A DNA stretch of 44,309 bases from Myxococcaceae bacterium (lineage in GTDB: Bacteria; Myxococcota; Myxococcia; Myxococcales; Myxococcaceae). The notes under the pieces are model-generated. The model was not told the origin of the DNA. It was given only the letters and a program-made list of their open reading frames with translations, and did no database searches. The position numbers were made by a program, and so were the translations under genes. Shown here in pieces: positions 16,377 to 29,344 of this stretch; the first letter of the stretch is position 1, and each line of letters starts with the position of its first letter. The stretch spans positions 1 through 44,309 of the forward strand of contig JBAWAM010000661.1 in NCBI GenBank assembly GCA_049589315.1, written 5' to 3'.

Positions 16377-17402
16377 ATGAAATCGCTCTACATCACCCGG
16401 TACGGAGGGCCGGACGTCCTTCAACTGCGCGAGGAAGCAGACCCTTCCCCAGCTGCCGGAAAGGTGCGGATCCGCGTCCAGCGCGCAGGCCTGAACTTCG
16501 CCGAGGTCTCTGCCCGGGTGGGCCTCTATCCCGACGCCCCCAAACCTCCCATGGTGGCGGGCTATGAGGTCTCCGGCGTGGTGGACGCGCTCGGCTCCGG
16601 CGCCACCCGGGTCCGCGAAGGTGATCGCGTCCTCGCGTTCACCCATTTCGGCGGTCACTCGGACACCGTGATCGTCGACGAAATCTTCGCCGCGAGGCTC
16701 CCGGAGGCGATGTCCTTCGAGGAAGCCGCCGCGCTCCCCGTGAACTACCTCACCGCCTTCCACATGCTCTTCCACGTCCACGTGCTCAAGCCGGGAGAGA
16801 AGGTGCTCGTGCACTCCGCGGCCGGCGGGGTTGGCCAGGCGGTGATCCAGCTCAGCAAACAGGTGGAGGACGTGGAGCTCTTCGGGACGGCGTCCGCGTC
16901 GAAGCACGCGTTCCTTCGCGAAGCCGGCGTCCACCATCCCATCGACTACCGCTCGGTCGACTACGCCGAGGAGGTCCGTCGACTCACCCAGGGGCGCGGC
17001 GTGGACCTGGTGCTCGACGCGCTGGGTGGTCCCGATTGGTCGAAAGGCTACGACCTGCTGGCGCCCGCCGGGCAGCTCATCTGCTTCGGCTGGGCCAACA
17101 TGGTCCAGAGCGAAACCCGGAACGTGTTCAGGGTGGTCAACCAGCTCGTCCGACAGCGACGTTTCGCGCCCATGGGGCTGATGGAGGCCAACCGGACCGT
17201 GTCTGGCGTGAACATGGGCAGGATGTGGAGCGAGGCCGCGCTGCTGCACCGCCACCTCGACCGGCTCCTCGAGCTCTACGAGAACGGGCGCATCAAGCCG
17301 CACGTCGACAAGGTCTTCGCCCTCTCACAGGCAGCGGACGCCCATCGCTACATGCAGGAGCGCCGGAACGTCGGGAAGATCGTGTTCGACTGTACGCGCT
17401 GA
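16377..17402 (+). CDS. Zinc-independent MDR-family NADPH:quinone oxidoreductase (VAT-1-like)
   Basis: 341 aa with a GroES-like N-terminus, the Rossmann motif HSAAGGVGQA and the C-terminal GKIVF. Confidence 0.85.
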   Translation: MKSLYITRYGGPDVLQLREEADPSPAAGKVRIRVQRAGLNFAEVSARVGLYPDAPKPPMVAGYEVSGVVDALGSGATRVREGDRVLAFTHFGGHSDTVIVDEIFAARLPEAMSFEEAAALPVNYLTAFHMLFHVHVLKPGEKVLVHSAAGGVGQAVIQLSKQVEDVELFGTASASKHAFLREAGVHHPIDYRSVDYAEEVRRLTQGRGVDLVLDALGGPDWSKGYDLLAPAGQLICFGWANMVQSETRNVFRVVNQLVRQRRFAPMGLMEANRTVSGVNMGRMWSEAALLHRHLDRLLELYENGRIKPHVDKVFALSQAADAHRYMQERRNVGKIVFDCTR

Positions 17403-17416
17403 AGAAGGCGGGCAGG

Positions 17417-17860
17417 TCAGTGCCAGGTGCGGTGGCTCGCCTTCAGGGCTTCCGCGAGCGCATCCATGGACACCGGCTTGCCGATGAACAGGTCGGCGCC
17501 GACCCCCTTCACCGTGCGCGCCATCTCCGCGTCGCCCAGTCCACTCATGCCGATGAGGACCACATCCGGGAACTTCTCCCGGAGCTTCGACATCAGCGCC
17601 GCGCCGGTGCGCCCGGGGAGATAGACGTCGATCAGGGCCGCATCCGGCCGGCTTCGCTTGACGGCGTACTCCGCCTCTTCGGCGCTGCCCACCGCGATGA
17701 CCTGGTAGCCCCAGAGCTCGAGCACCTCCGCCAGCGCCTCCCGCGCCTGCGGCTCGTCCTCGACCAGGAGAACGATCCGCCGCACCTCCTCGCGGCGAAG
17801 CCGGTCCTCCGGCTGTTCGAGCTCGACCTCCTCCAGACCCTCGCCCCTGTCGGTGCTCAT
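17417..17860 (-). CDS. Single-domain response regulator (receiver only)
   Basis: LLVEDE, phospho-acceptor context ALIDVYLPG, MSG and GKP(V) conserved positions. There is no output domain. Confidence 0.85.
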   Translation of the reverse strand: MSTDRGEGLEEVELEQPEDRLRREEVRRIVLLVEDEPQAREALAEVLELWGYQVIAVGSAEEAEYAVKRSRPDAALIDVYLPGRTGAALMSKLREKFPDVVLIGMSGLGDAEMARTVKGVGADLFIGKPVSMDALAEALKASHRTWH

Positions 17861-17987
17861 CTTTGGAAACCTCGGCTCTCTGGGAACCGGGAGGAAGTGC
17901 CCGAAAATCCAAACGTGAACGAGCCCACAACGAACGCCCAGGATCCCCGCGCGGCCTCCGCCGACTGTCGAGCAGCAGGCGCACGCC

Positions 17988-18005
17988 AGGCCGGTATACC
18001 GGCCT
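17988..18005 (-). terminator. Perfect 18-nt palindrome (hairpin) just after the ABC permease operon
   Basis: AGGCCGGTATACCGGCCT lies 12 nt downstream of the permease stop. It has no U-tract, so it is a weak terminator call. Confidence 0.3.
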
Positions 18006-18016
18006 CCGCGAGCGGC

Positions 18017-18856
18017 TCAGCGCCCGCGCCGACGCTCGTCCAGCAGCGCCCGCGACGTGAGCGATGCGGCCAGCACGACCAGCACGAGCAGTCCCCATGC
18101 GGGGAGCACCACGCGGGCGCCGCCCTCGTAGATCAGACTCGTGTAGCTCGTGCCGAGATAGCGCCCGAGCGACATCGGCTCCATCCGGGCGATCCCGAAG
18201 AACGACACCGTGGATTCGGCGAGGATGGCGGACGGCACGCGGCTGAGGAACACGGCCAGCGCGAAGCCTCGAAGCGACGGCCACAGGTGCCGTCGAAGGA
18301 TGTGCCACCCTCCCCCGCCCAGCGCACGCGCCGCTGCGACGAACTCGAAGCGCTCCAGCGTCGCGAGCCGGTTGCGGAACATCCGGGTCGGACCTGCCCA
18401 CCCGACCAGCGCGAGCGACGCGATCATCAGGCCCATCGGCGACAGCCGGAGATCGGGATCCATGTCTCCCAGCATCTGACCCGCGAGCTGGAGGACCATC
18501 AGCACGAGGACGTCTGGCAGCGAGAAGAACGAATCGGCCACGCGCATCAGCCCGCCCTCGATGGCACCGCCAAGCGCGCGCGCCGTCGCAGCGAGGAGCA
18601 GCCCGAGCCCGGTCGCGAGTGCGCCCGCGGCGAGCCCCACCGTGAGCGACACCCACAGCCCCCCGAAGGCGAGCTCGCACACGGTCTGGTCCGGGCGCAG
18701 CGTGTCGCGCCCGAAGGGGCAGTGGTCGGCGAGCACCGAGGGCGCGAGCACGCCCAGCACGAGGCTCGAGCAGAAGAGGACCGCGAGCCCCCCGAGTCCG
18801 ACCCAGGCCGCCGCCCGCACCCGCTGCCTGGGTCCGATGGCCACCGCCCCGCTCAT
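18017..18856 (-). CDS. ABC transporter permease (DppC/OppC-like)
   Basis: Six TM segments and a BPD_transp_1-type EAA region (...AAARALGGGGWHILRRHLWPSL). The ATG at 18856 overlaps the upstream permease stop (ATGA). Confidence 0.85.
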   Translation of the reverse strand: MSGAVAIGPRQRVRAAAWVGLGGLAVLFCSSLVLGVLAPSVLADHCPFGRDTLRPDQTVCELAFGGLWVSLTVGLAAGALATGLGLLLAATARALGGAIEGGLMRVADSFFSLPDVLVLMVLQLAGQMLGDMDPDLRLSPMGLMIASLALVGWAGPTRMFRNRLATLERFEFVAAARALGGGGWHILRRHLWPSLRGFALAVFLSRVPSAILAESTVSFFGIARMEPMSLGRYLGTSYTSLIYEGGARVVLPAWGLLVLVVLAASLTSRALLDERRRGR

Positions 18857-19743
18857 GTCGAGGTCACCTCGCGGCTGCGGGGGTCGACCCACCACCGGGC
18901 GAGCTCGACGAACAAGGTCACGACCACCAGCAGGGAGGCGAAGAGCGTCGTCGCCACCACCACGATGGAGATCTGCTTCTGCAGGACGGCGAGCACGTAG
19001 AGCTGACCGAAGTACGGCAGCCCGAAGACGCGCTCGGCGGCGAAGGATCCAGCGAGCACCGCCGTGGCCACCGGCGGGAGCGCGTCCAGCAGGATCGGCA
19101 GCACGTTGGGAAGGACGTGGCGGCGCGTCGCCCCGGAGAGCGACAGCCCCTTGCCGCGGGCCGTGCGGACATAGTCACGGCGAAGCTCCTCCCGCAGGCC
19201 GTCGGCCATCAACGAGCCCAGGAAGATGCCGGGCCAGATGCTGAGCACGAACGCGGCAGCGAGCTCGGGAAGGAAGCGCCCCGCCTCGACGACCGAGGGC
19301 GCCAGGAGAAGCGCCGGGATGAACACCGGCGTTCCGAACGCGATCGCGGGGACGAGCTCCCCGGCTGAAGGCCAACGGCGTTCGATCACCGTGACCCGCA
19401 GCAGGGCCCAGCCCAGCGCCCAGATCACCGCGAAGACAAGCGCCACCAGCCCAACGCCGACGCTCCCGCCCAGCTTCACCAGCAGCTCCTCACCCGTGAC
19501 GCCCTGAGCACTGGTCCCCAGCCGCTCACCCGAGAAGAGCTTCTCCCATGGCCGGAGGAACCCGAGCGTCGAGTCCAGGCCGAGATCCCGGCGGTATGCT
19601 TCGATCAGCTCCGTCGGGAGCTGGCGCTTGCTGTCGTCCTCGACGCGCAGCGGCAGCATCGCCATGAGGTAGTACGATCCCAGCGCGACCAGCGGAATGA
19701 CGAGGAGCTGCCGCGCCGCACGCGCGAGGATTCCCCGGATCAC
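18853..19743 (-). CDS. ABC transporter permease (DppB/OppB-like)
   Basis: C-terminal 296 codons of ORF 18853-20709. A GTG at 19743 overlaps the binding-protein stop (GTGA). DYVRTARGKGLS...RHVLPN is the EAA loop. Confidence 0.85.
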   Translation of the reverse strand: MIRGILARAARQLLVIPLVALGSYYLMAMLPLRVEDDSKRQLPTELIEAYRRDLGLDSTLGFLRPWEKLFSGERLGTSAQGVTGEELLVKLGGSVGVGLVALVFAVIWALGWALLRVTVIERRWPSAGELVPAIAFGTPVFIPALLLAPSVVEAGRFLPELAAAFVLSIWPGIFLGSLMADGLREELRRDYVRTARGKGLSLSGATRRHVLPNVLPILLDALPPVATAVLAGSFAAERVFGLPYFGQLYVLAVLQKQISIVVVATTLFASLLVVVTLFVELARWWVDPRSREVTST

Positions 19744-21371
19744 CGCGCCACCAGGTCTCGCAGCGAGAGAAAGTTGAAGGGATCGACGTCGAGCCCGTCG
19801 AGCGCCGGCGCCAGCCGGAAGTAGCGGTCCGGATGATACAGCGGGACGATCACCGCCTCCTCGCGCAGGAGCAGCTGCTGCGCCTCGACGTAGCGCCTGC
19901 GCGCCTCTTCCGGATCGGACTGCGCGTCCGCCTCGTCGAGCAGCGCCTCGAACCGACGGATCGACCTCCCTCCGTCGGAGGTCTCCCAGCCCGTCTGGCT
20001 GTTCCCGTTCTTCTCGAAGAGGGTGAAGAACGTGTTGGGGTGGGCATAGTCCGCGCCGACTCTCCGTAGATGGAGGTCCCAGGTGCGCAGCCCGTCGGGA
20101 CCGCGCCGGACGAGCTCCTGCGAGAAGTCGTTGCGGGGCTCGAGCTCCACCTTCACCCCGATCTTCTCGAGCTGCACCTTGATGCGTTCGGCGATGGCGA
20201 CCTCGGGGATGAACGACTCTCCGGCCCTGTAGACGAGCCGCAGGGGTCGATCGAGCTGCGCGAGCGCGAGCCGCGCCTCCTCCGGGCGGTACGGGAGGAG
20301 CTGTGCCTCTTCGTCCGGCGTCGCGGCGCCCGGCAGCTTCGGCGGGAGCAGGGTCCGGGAGACCCGGGCAGCGGGGAGCAGCCCCTCCAACAACGCGTCG
20401 CGGTCGATCGCCATCGCCAGCGCCCGTCGAACCTCCGGGCGGTCCAGCGGCGCCTTCTGGGTGTTGAACGCGATGAAGTACGTGGAGAGGAGCTCGCGGC
20501 GCTGCAGATCCGCGGGGCTCGACCGAAGCGCGGCCGCATCGTCGATGAACACGAAGCCCACCCGATGGCGCTCGTACAGCGCCGGACCGATCTCCGAGCG
20601 CATCAGCGTGACCGCCGGCGGCTGTGCTCCCCTGGCACGGAAGGCGCTGTGCGGGTTCGAGACGAGTCGTACGCGCTCGCCCGCCCGGTCCCAGGCCTCG
20701 ATGCGCCACGGCCCGAGACTGAGCGGGTGTCCCTCCCGGGGGCGGTCGAAGTACTCCTGGATCTGCGCCTCCGTCCTGCCCTCGAGAATGCGCGAGGGCG
20801 CGGGGAAGAACAGGTACACGTTCGCGAGGCGCGCGAGGAAATAGTTGCGCGGCCGCTCCAGCACGACACGCAGCGTGTGGTCGTCGATCGCCCGGACCTC
20901 GAACCGCTCCAGGGCGGCCTCGAGTTCCTGGATCGGCGCGCTCCGGGCGAGCAACGCGAGGACCTCCTCCGCGCCCCGGATGTCGGCCATCTCTCCTCGC
21001 TCACGCCCGAGCAGCGCCCGTCGCCATCCCACCACGAAGTCCCGGGCGACCAACGGGGTGACACCGTCCGACCACCTCACGTCTCGGCGCAGGTGGAAGG
21101 TGTAGACCTCGTGTCCTTCCGCGGTGCGTTCGCGCGTCCAACGCTCCGCCAGTCCCGGCCCCACCGAGTGGTCCGCTCCGAGCGAGGTCAGTCCACGCAT
21201 CGTGGCCAGCATCAGCGGGTAATTCACCCAGCTGGTCGGGTCGGAGGCATTCCAGTCGAGCGTTGTGGGCATTGCGGGCACGACGACCTTCACGCCCGGG
21301 TCTGGCTGCGTGCACTGGCCACAGCCCGCACTGACAACCACAACGAGGCTGTAGAGCACGACGTGTCGCAC
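19740..21371 (-). CDS. ABC transporter substrate-binding lipoprotein, family 5 (peptide/nickel type)
   Basis: SBP_bac_5-like sequence. The GTG at 21371 gives [16 protein letters not shown]|C with a lipobox. The longer ORF start at 21509 would run through the lon terminator hairpin. Confidence 0.82.
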   Translation of the reverse strand: MRHVVLYSLVVVVSAGCGQCTQPDPGVKVVVPAMPTTLDWNASDPTSWVNYPLMLATMRGLTSLGADHSVGPGLAERWTRERTAEGHEVYTFHLRRDVRWSDGVTPLVARDFVVGWRRALLGRERGEMADIRGAEEVLALLARSAPIQELEAALERFEVRAIDDHTLRVVLERPRNYFLARLANVYLFFPAPSRILEGRTEAQIQEYFDRPREGHPLSLGPWRIEAWDRAGERVRLVSNPHSAFRARGAQPPAVTLMRSEIGPALYERHRVGFVFIDDAAALRSSPADLQRRELLSTYFIAFNTQKAPLDRPEVRRALAMAIDRDALLEGLLPAARVSRTLLPPKLPGAATPDEEAQLLPYRPEEARLALAQLDRPLRLVYRAGESFIPEVAIAERIKVQLEKIGVKVELEPRNDFSQELVRRGPDGLRTWDLHLRRVGADYAHPNTFFTLFEKNGNSQTGWETSDGGRSIRRFEALLDEADAQSDPEEARRRYVEAQQLLLREEAVIVPLYHPDRYFRLAPALDGLDVDPFNFLSLRDLVAR

Positions 21372-21461
21372 CCGCCGAGCGTGACGCGGCCCGCCCGCCT
21401 CCGCAAGCGCGACGCGGGATGGCGCCGCCTCCACCGCCTGCCCGGCCGAAGACCGCTCACA

Positions 21462-21500
21462 CCAAAGAAAACGGCGGGCGCCCCTCTCGAGCACCCGCCG
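21462..21500 (-). terminator. Rho-independent terminator of lon
   Basis: The minus strand reads CGGCGGGTGC-loop-GCGCCCGCCG, a 10-bp stem with one G.U pair. It is followed by TTTTCTTTGG and starts about 30 nt after the lon stop. Confidence 0.62.
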
Positions 21501-21528
21501 CCTTGTCACTTCGTAGGCCTCTTGCCGA

Positions 21529-23973
<2,445 letters not shown>

Positions 23974-24082
23974 TCTGTAGGTTCCCGCGCTCTCCTGAAA
24001 CTCTAAGCATCAGACCGGCTCGGACCCTGACGCGCCCCGCCGACTCGAATTCTAACAACCGGGCCGCTGGCCTGCCCTTGGT

Positions 24083-26287
24083 TCACTGGCCGCCTGGCGG
24101 CTTCATTCCAAAGCGCTCGAACAAGAAAGCGAATTGATCAGCGTACTGCTCGATCGCCTGGCGAACCTGGTCGGCGCCCCCATGTCCCGCGTTCCGCTCG
24201 ATCCGGATGATCGCCGGCGCGTCGCCGGCGGTCGCGTTCTGGATGTAGGCGGTGAACTTGCGCGCGTGCATGGGGTCCACACGGTCATCGTGGTCCGCCG
24301 CGAGCATCAGGAGGGCCGGGTACTTCTCCCCCTTCTTCACCCGGTGGTACGGCGAATACGCGTGGATGTAGTTGAACTGCTGAGGGTCCTCGGAACTTCC
24401 ATACTCCGGGATCCAGGTCCGACCGCTGCCGAACGCGTGGTAGCGGACCATGTCGAGCAGCGGCACCGCGCAGACCACGGCCCCGAACAGGTCCGGGCGC
24501 TGGGTCATCGCCGCACCCACGAGCAGGCCACCGTTGCTGCCGCCCCAGATGGCGAGCTTCTCCGGCGTCGTGTAGCCCCCGGCATTCAGGTACTCGGCCG
24601 CGGCGATGAAGTCGTCGAAGACGTTCTGCTTCTTGTCCAGTCTCCCGGCATCGTGCCACGCCTTGCCGTACTCACCACCGCCGCGGAGATTGGCCACCGC
24701 GTAGACGCCGCCCGCCTCGAGCCACGGATAGATGCTGGAGCGGAAGTTCGGCGTGAGTGACACGTCGAAGCCACCGTAGCCGTACAGCAGCGTGGGGTTC
24801 GTCCCGTCCCGCTTCAGGTCCTTGCGGTGCACGAGGAACATCGAGACCTTCGTGCCGTCCTTCGACGGGTACCAGACCTGCTCGACCGTGTACGGGGAGG
24901 GGTCGATCGGGAGGTCCACCTTCGCCCAGAGCGCGGACTGACCACCGCTGATGGTGGTCTTGTAGACCTGCCTCGGCGAGGTGAAGGAGCTGAAGTCGAA
25001 GAAGGCGACGTCGTCCTCTTCGAGTCCGGAGGGCAGCCCGGCGCTGCCGATGGTGGGCAGCGAGATGGTTCGGACCTGCTTCCCGCCCAGCGTGTGGATG
25101 GCCAGCTCGGAGTACGCATTCTTGAGGTACTCGGTGACCAGGTGATTGCCCACGATGCGGCTGCCCACGAGCGTGGCGTCCTTCCGCTCCGGGACGAGCT
25201 CCTTCCAGTTCTTCCGGTCCGGGTTGGAGGCGGCCACCTTGAACACGCGCTGGTTCGGCGCGCCCTCGTCGGTGGTGATGTAGATCTGGTCCTTCCAGGC
25301 CTCGACGCTGTACTTGGCCCCGTCGCCCTTCACGAGCGGCTTGAATGCCTGGTCCTTGCCGAGCCGCTTGATGAAGACGTCGTTCTCCGACCAGCCGCGG
25401 AGCACGTAGACGAACAGGTACTTGCCGTCGCGTGACAGACGCTGGGCGAGGAACGTCTTCGGGTCACCCGTGCGCGGATGGATCTGCGCGTCGCCCTTCG
25501 GATCCGTCCCCAGCTTGTGGAAGCGGATCTCGGTGTAGCCCGGGCGCTCGTCGACCTTGATCGACGGGTCGGACGGGAGGAACTCGTAATAGAAGCCGCT
25601 GCTGTCCGGGGTCCAGCTCGGGTCGGCGTACTTGCCGCCCTCGATGACGTCGACCTCGGACCACTTGCCGGTCTCGACATCGACGACGTGGATGATGGCC
25701 TCGTCCGCCGCGTTCGGCTTCTTCTTGAAAGCGACCTTCTTGCCGTCCCACGAGGGATACCAGGCGCCCAGGGAGATCGTCCCGTCCTCGCTCCAGGTGT
25801 TCGGGTCGAGCAGCATCCGCTCCTGCCCGGACTCGCCGTCGCGGACGTAGAGGATCGCCTTCTCTTTGTCCTTGTGGGTGCGCGCGTAGAAGAGCCGGCG
25901 GAGCTGCTTGCCCTTGGCATCTTTGACGAGGCGCACTGCCGGGGTGCCATAAGCCTCGACGTAGAACAGGTCGGTGAAGCGCTGCTTCAGGACGTCGCGA
26001 CCGGGGAGCCCGTTGAGGATCTTTCGCGCGTAGTCGTCCTGCGCGGTCATCCAGGCCTGGACCTCGGGGGCCTTCTCGTCCTCGAGCCAGCGGTACGGGT
26101 CCGCTACTGCCGTCCCGTGGAGCATCTCCACGAGCTCCTGGGAGCGTGTCTCCGGCCAGCCCTGCGCGGGCTTCGCGGCGTCGATGAGCGGTGAAGTAGA
26201 AGGCGCCGGGGCGTCTTCGCGGGTTGCTTCCTTCGCAGTAGTACAGGCGACCATCAGTGCAATCGGGGCAGCGAGCAGCTTCCTCAT
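24083..26287 (-). CDS. Prolyl oligopeptidase (S9A family), lipoprotein form
   Basis: 734 aa with lipobox LMVA|C, a beta-propeller region, the catalytic Ser GGSNGGLL, the Asp region DHDDRV and the His NAGHGG. Confidence 0.93.
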   Translation of the reverse strand: MRKLLAAPIALMVACTTAKEATREDAPAPSTSPLIDAAKPAQGWPETRSQELVEMLHGTAVADPYRWLEDEKAPEVQAWMTAQDDYARKILNGLPGRDVLKQRFTDLFYVEAYGTPAVRLVKDAKGKQLRRLFYARTHKDKEKAILYVRDGESGQERMLLDPNTWSEDGTISLGAWYPSWDGKKVAFKKKPNAADEAIIHVVDVETGKWSEVDVIEGGKYADPSWTPDSSGFYYEFLPSDPSIKVDERPGYTEIRFHKLGTDPKGDAQIHPRTGDPKTFLAQRLSRDGKYLFVYVLRGWSENDVFIKRLGKDQAFKPLVKGDGAKYSVEAWKDQIYITTDEGAPNQRVFKVAASNPDRKNWKELVPERKDATLVGSRIVGNHLVTEYLKNAYSELAIHTLGGKQVRTISLPTIGSAGLPSGLEEDDVAFFDFSSFTSPRQVYKTTISGGQSALWAKVDLPIDPSPYTVEQVWYPSKDGTKVSMFLVHRKDLKRDGTNPTLLYGYGGFDVSLTPNFRSSIYPWLEAGGVYAVANLRGGGEYGKAWHDAGRLDKKQNVFDDFIAAAEYLNAGGYTTPEKLAIWGGSNGGLLVGAAMTQRPDLFGAVVCAVPLLDMVRYHAFGSGRTWIPEYGSSEDPQQFNYIHAYSPYHRVKKGEKYPALLMLAADHDDRVDPMHARKFTAYIQNATAGDAPAIIRIERNAGHGGADQVRQAIEQYADQFAFLFERFGMKPPGGQ

Positions 26288-26388
26288 CGTCGAGCAACAA
26301 TGCCGGGTCCGGACCGGCTCGCAACCATTTCCCTCAACAAAGTTCCGGCCCGGGAACCCAACGGTCTGCCGAGCTGGTTTCTTCCGCG

Positions 26389-26423
26389 GAAACGAAAACC
26401 CCGACCCGTGGGACGGGCCGGGG
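26389..26423 (-). terminator. Rho-independent terminator of the small lipoprotein gene
   Basis: The minus strand reads CCCCGGCCCG-TCCCA-CGGGTCGGGG followed by TTTTCGTTTCC. It starts about 27 nt after the TAG at 26450-26452. Confidence 0.62.
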
Positions 26424-26449
26424 ATTCGGTTGCAGCGCGTGGGGCGCGG

Positions 26450-26917
26450 CTACTTGCTGAGCTTGGTCAGGGTCAGCGTATCGTTGAACGAGCCAGTGAC
26501 GGTGGCTCCATTCCCCACCCAGGTCAGGGAACCGGAAGCGGTATAGGTGACGATGTGCCCCCTCATGATGGCCATACCCGAGTTGAACGTGACGGTAATG
26601 GTGTTTGTGCCGCTGTTCATCGTGCATGAGCTGCCGGGAACGATGTTCGCGTTCTCCGAATTGTCTGCGTTCAGCTTGATCACGCAGCCCGGAGCCTCAT
26701 CGAGGTTGAGAATCAGGTCCGAATCAAGACCCTCGTAGATGTTCGCGTTTCCACGTACGTCGACGTTCTGCGTCTTCGCGCCATCAGGCAGGTTCATGGT
26801 GAGGGTCTGGTGACCGTTCACTGAATACAGCCCGACGAACGCCTGACCGGGGTTACCGCAGCCAGCGAACACGAGGGCGGTGACGACGAACACGAACGAA
26901 CGAATGAAGGTCTTCAT
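26450..26917 (-). CDS. Small low-GC hypothetical lipoprotein (155 aa)
   Basis: The ATG at 26917 gives MKTFIRSFVFVVTALVFAG|C. The mature part is N/T/G/S-rich and beta-like, with no recognised motif. My hand-counted G+C is about 57-58 %, against about 65-68 % in flanking genes. Confidence 0.7.
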   Translation of the reverse strand: MKTFIRSFVFVVTALVFAGCGNPGQAFVGLYSVNGHQTLTMNLPDGAKTQNVDVRGNANIYEGLDSDLILNLDEAPGCVIKLNADNSENANIVPGSSCTMNSGTNTITVTFNSGMAIMRGHIVTYTASGSLTWVGNGATVTGSFNDTLTLTKLSK

Positions 26918-26985
26918 TGGGGAGCTCTCTTTCGTTTCCAGCGCGGCGGGGTTGGTTTCTAGAGCCGCGCGTCGGAGAGCCCTTG

Positions 26986-27001
26986 AGCAACGCGTCTGCC
27001 A
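26986..27001 (-). promoter_or_regulatory. Putative sigma54 (-24/-12) promoter of the small lipoprotein gene
   Basis: The coding strand reads TTGGCAGACGCGTTGCT, with GG-N10-GC spacing and a TTGCT -12 box. It lies 69 nt upstream of the ATG. The inverted repeat GTCACA-N7-TGTGAC at 27071-27089 sits about 70-90 bp further upstream. Confidence 0.5.
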
Positions 27002-27147
27002 ACCCGGCCACGCGCCGCGCCCACGCCCGCTTTCGATCGAAACCCCGTGTGATTTCCACCGGTTACGCCGGTCACAAAAAGTGTGTGACACCTTCTGCCG
27101 GAGGGCCGGGCATCCCGCCGCCGAACGGTGGGTCCGCGCTGGTGGAC

Positions 27148-27194
27148 GGAGAAAACGAATCGCCCCCCGACACGCCATGCGCGCCGAGGGGCGA
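27148..27194 (-). terminator. Rho-independent terminator of clpX
   Basis: The minus strand reads TCGCCCCTC-loop-GGGGGGCGA, a 9-bp stem with one G.U pair, followed by TTCGTTTTCTCC. It is preceded by the 16-nt perfect palindrome CCTGATCGCGATCAGG at 27209-27224. Confidence 0.55.
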
Positions 27195-27224
27195 CCGAAC
27201 TGCTCGAGCCTGATCGCGATCAGG

Positions 27225-28508
<1,284 letters not shown>

Positions 28509-28595
28509 TGCTTCCTCTCGTGGCTGCTTACCCGGTCAATCTAGTCAGTGGACCAAAGGCGCGTCCAACATCACCCGGGGTACTTAACAGCAGCG

Positions 28596-28651
28596 CGCAT
28601 CCTTCGCAGGATGCGAGAAGGCCGGAAAGGAACCGATGATTCCTCTCCGGC
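28596..28651 (-). promoter_or_regulatory. Two stable hairpins in the clpP-clpX spacer
   Basis: On the minus strand, GGCCGGAGAGGAA-TCATCGG-TTCCTTTCCGGCC (13 bp with one G.U pair) is followed by TTCTC. Then comes GCATCC-TGCGAA-GGATGC. The function could be attenuator, processing site or partial terminator and is unknown. Confidence 0.35.
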
Positions 28652-28697
28652 CTGCGCTGCACTGCGGCAGAAGTCGCCTGCCCCTGGGGGGGCGCGC

Positions 28698-29318
28698 CTA
28701 CTTCTCCTTCTTGTCGTTGCCCGGTCCAGCCTTCTTGTGGACGAACACCTCGTCGATGATTCCGTAGGCCTTCGCCTCGGGCGCACCCATGAAGTAGTCC
28801 CGGTCCGTATCCTTCTCGATGCGCTCGATCGGCTGCCCGGTGTGCTTGACGATGAGCTCGTTCAAGCGGGCCTTCAGCCGCAGGATCTCCCGCGCCTGGA
28901 TGTCGATGTCGGTCGCCTGCCCGCGCGCGCCGCCCATCGGCTGGTGAATCATGATCCGCGAATTGGGCAGCGAGAACCGCTTGCCCTTCGCCCCGGCGAG
29001 CAGCAAGACCGCGCCCATGGAGGCGGCCTGGCCGATACAGATCGTCGACACCTGGGGCTTCACGTACTGCATGGTGTCGTAGATCGCCAGCCCCGCGGTC
29101 ACCGAGCCTCCCGGCGAGTTGATGTAGATGCTGATGTCCTTGTCCGGGTCCTCGGACTCGAGGAATAGGAGCTGGGCGACGATGACGTTCGCGACGTCGT
29201 CGTCGATCTCCGTCCCCAGCATGATGATCCGGTCCTTCAGCAGCCGGCTGTAGATGTCATACGAGCGTTCGCCGCGGTGGGTCTGCTCGATGACGTATGG
29301 GACGGGCATGTAGGGCAT
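28698..29318 (-). CDS. clpP: ATP-dependent Clp protease proteolytic subunit ClpP
   Basis: 206 aa with the catalytic Ser block GQAASMGA, His MIHQP and Asp RD. Confidence 0.97.
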   Translation of the reverse strand: MPYMPVPYVIEQTHRGERSYDIYSRLLKDRIIMLGTEIDDDVANVIVAQLLFLESEDPDKDISIYINSPGGSVTAGLAIYDTMQYVKPQVSTICIGQAASMGAVLLLAGAKGKRFSLPNSRIMIHQPMGGARGQATDIDIQAREILRLKARLNELIVKHTGQPIERIEKDTDRDYFMGAPEAKAYGIIDEVFVHKKAGPGNDKKEK

Positions 29319-29344
29319 GGCGCTTTCCTCTGATCAGGTGCGAA

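Noticed and set aside
17974-17988. Sigma54-like element TGGCGTGCGCCTGCT upstream of the response regulator gene
   Set aside because: The GG to GC spacing is one nucleotide short (N9 instead of N10), which is normally not tolerated.
21372-21509. Longer N-terminus (ATG at 21509) for the ABC substrate-binding protein
   Set aside because: It would be translated through the lon terminator hairpin and T-tract (21462-21500). It also places 46 non-signal-like residues ahead of a good lipoprotein signal peptide that starts at the GTG at 21371.
27071-27089. CRP/FNR-type operator
   Set aside because: The repeat is TCACA-N7-TGTGA, which has outward-facing half-sites and the wrong spacing relative to TGTGA-N6-TCACA. 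It is kept only as a generic inverted repeat, possibly an enhancer-binding-protein site.
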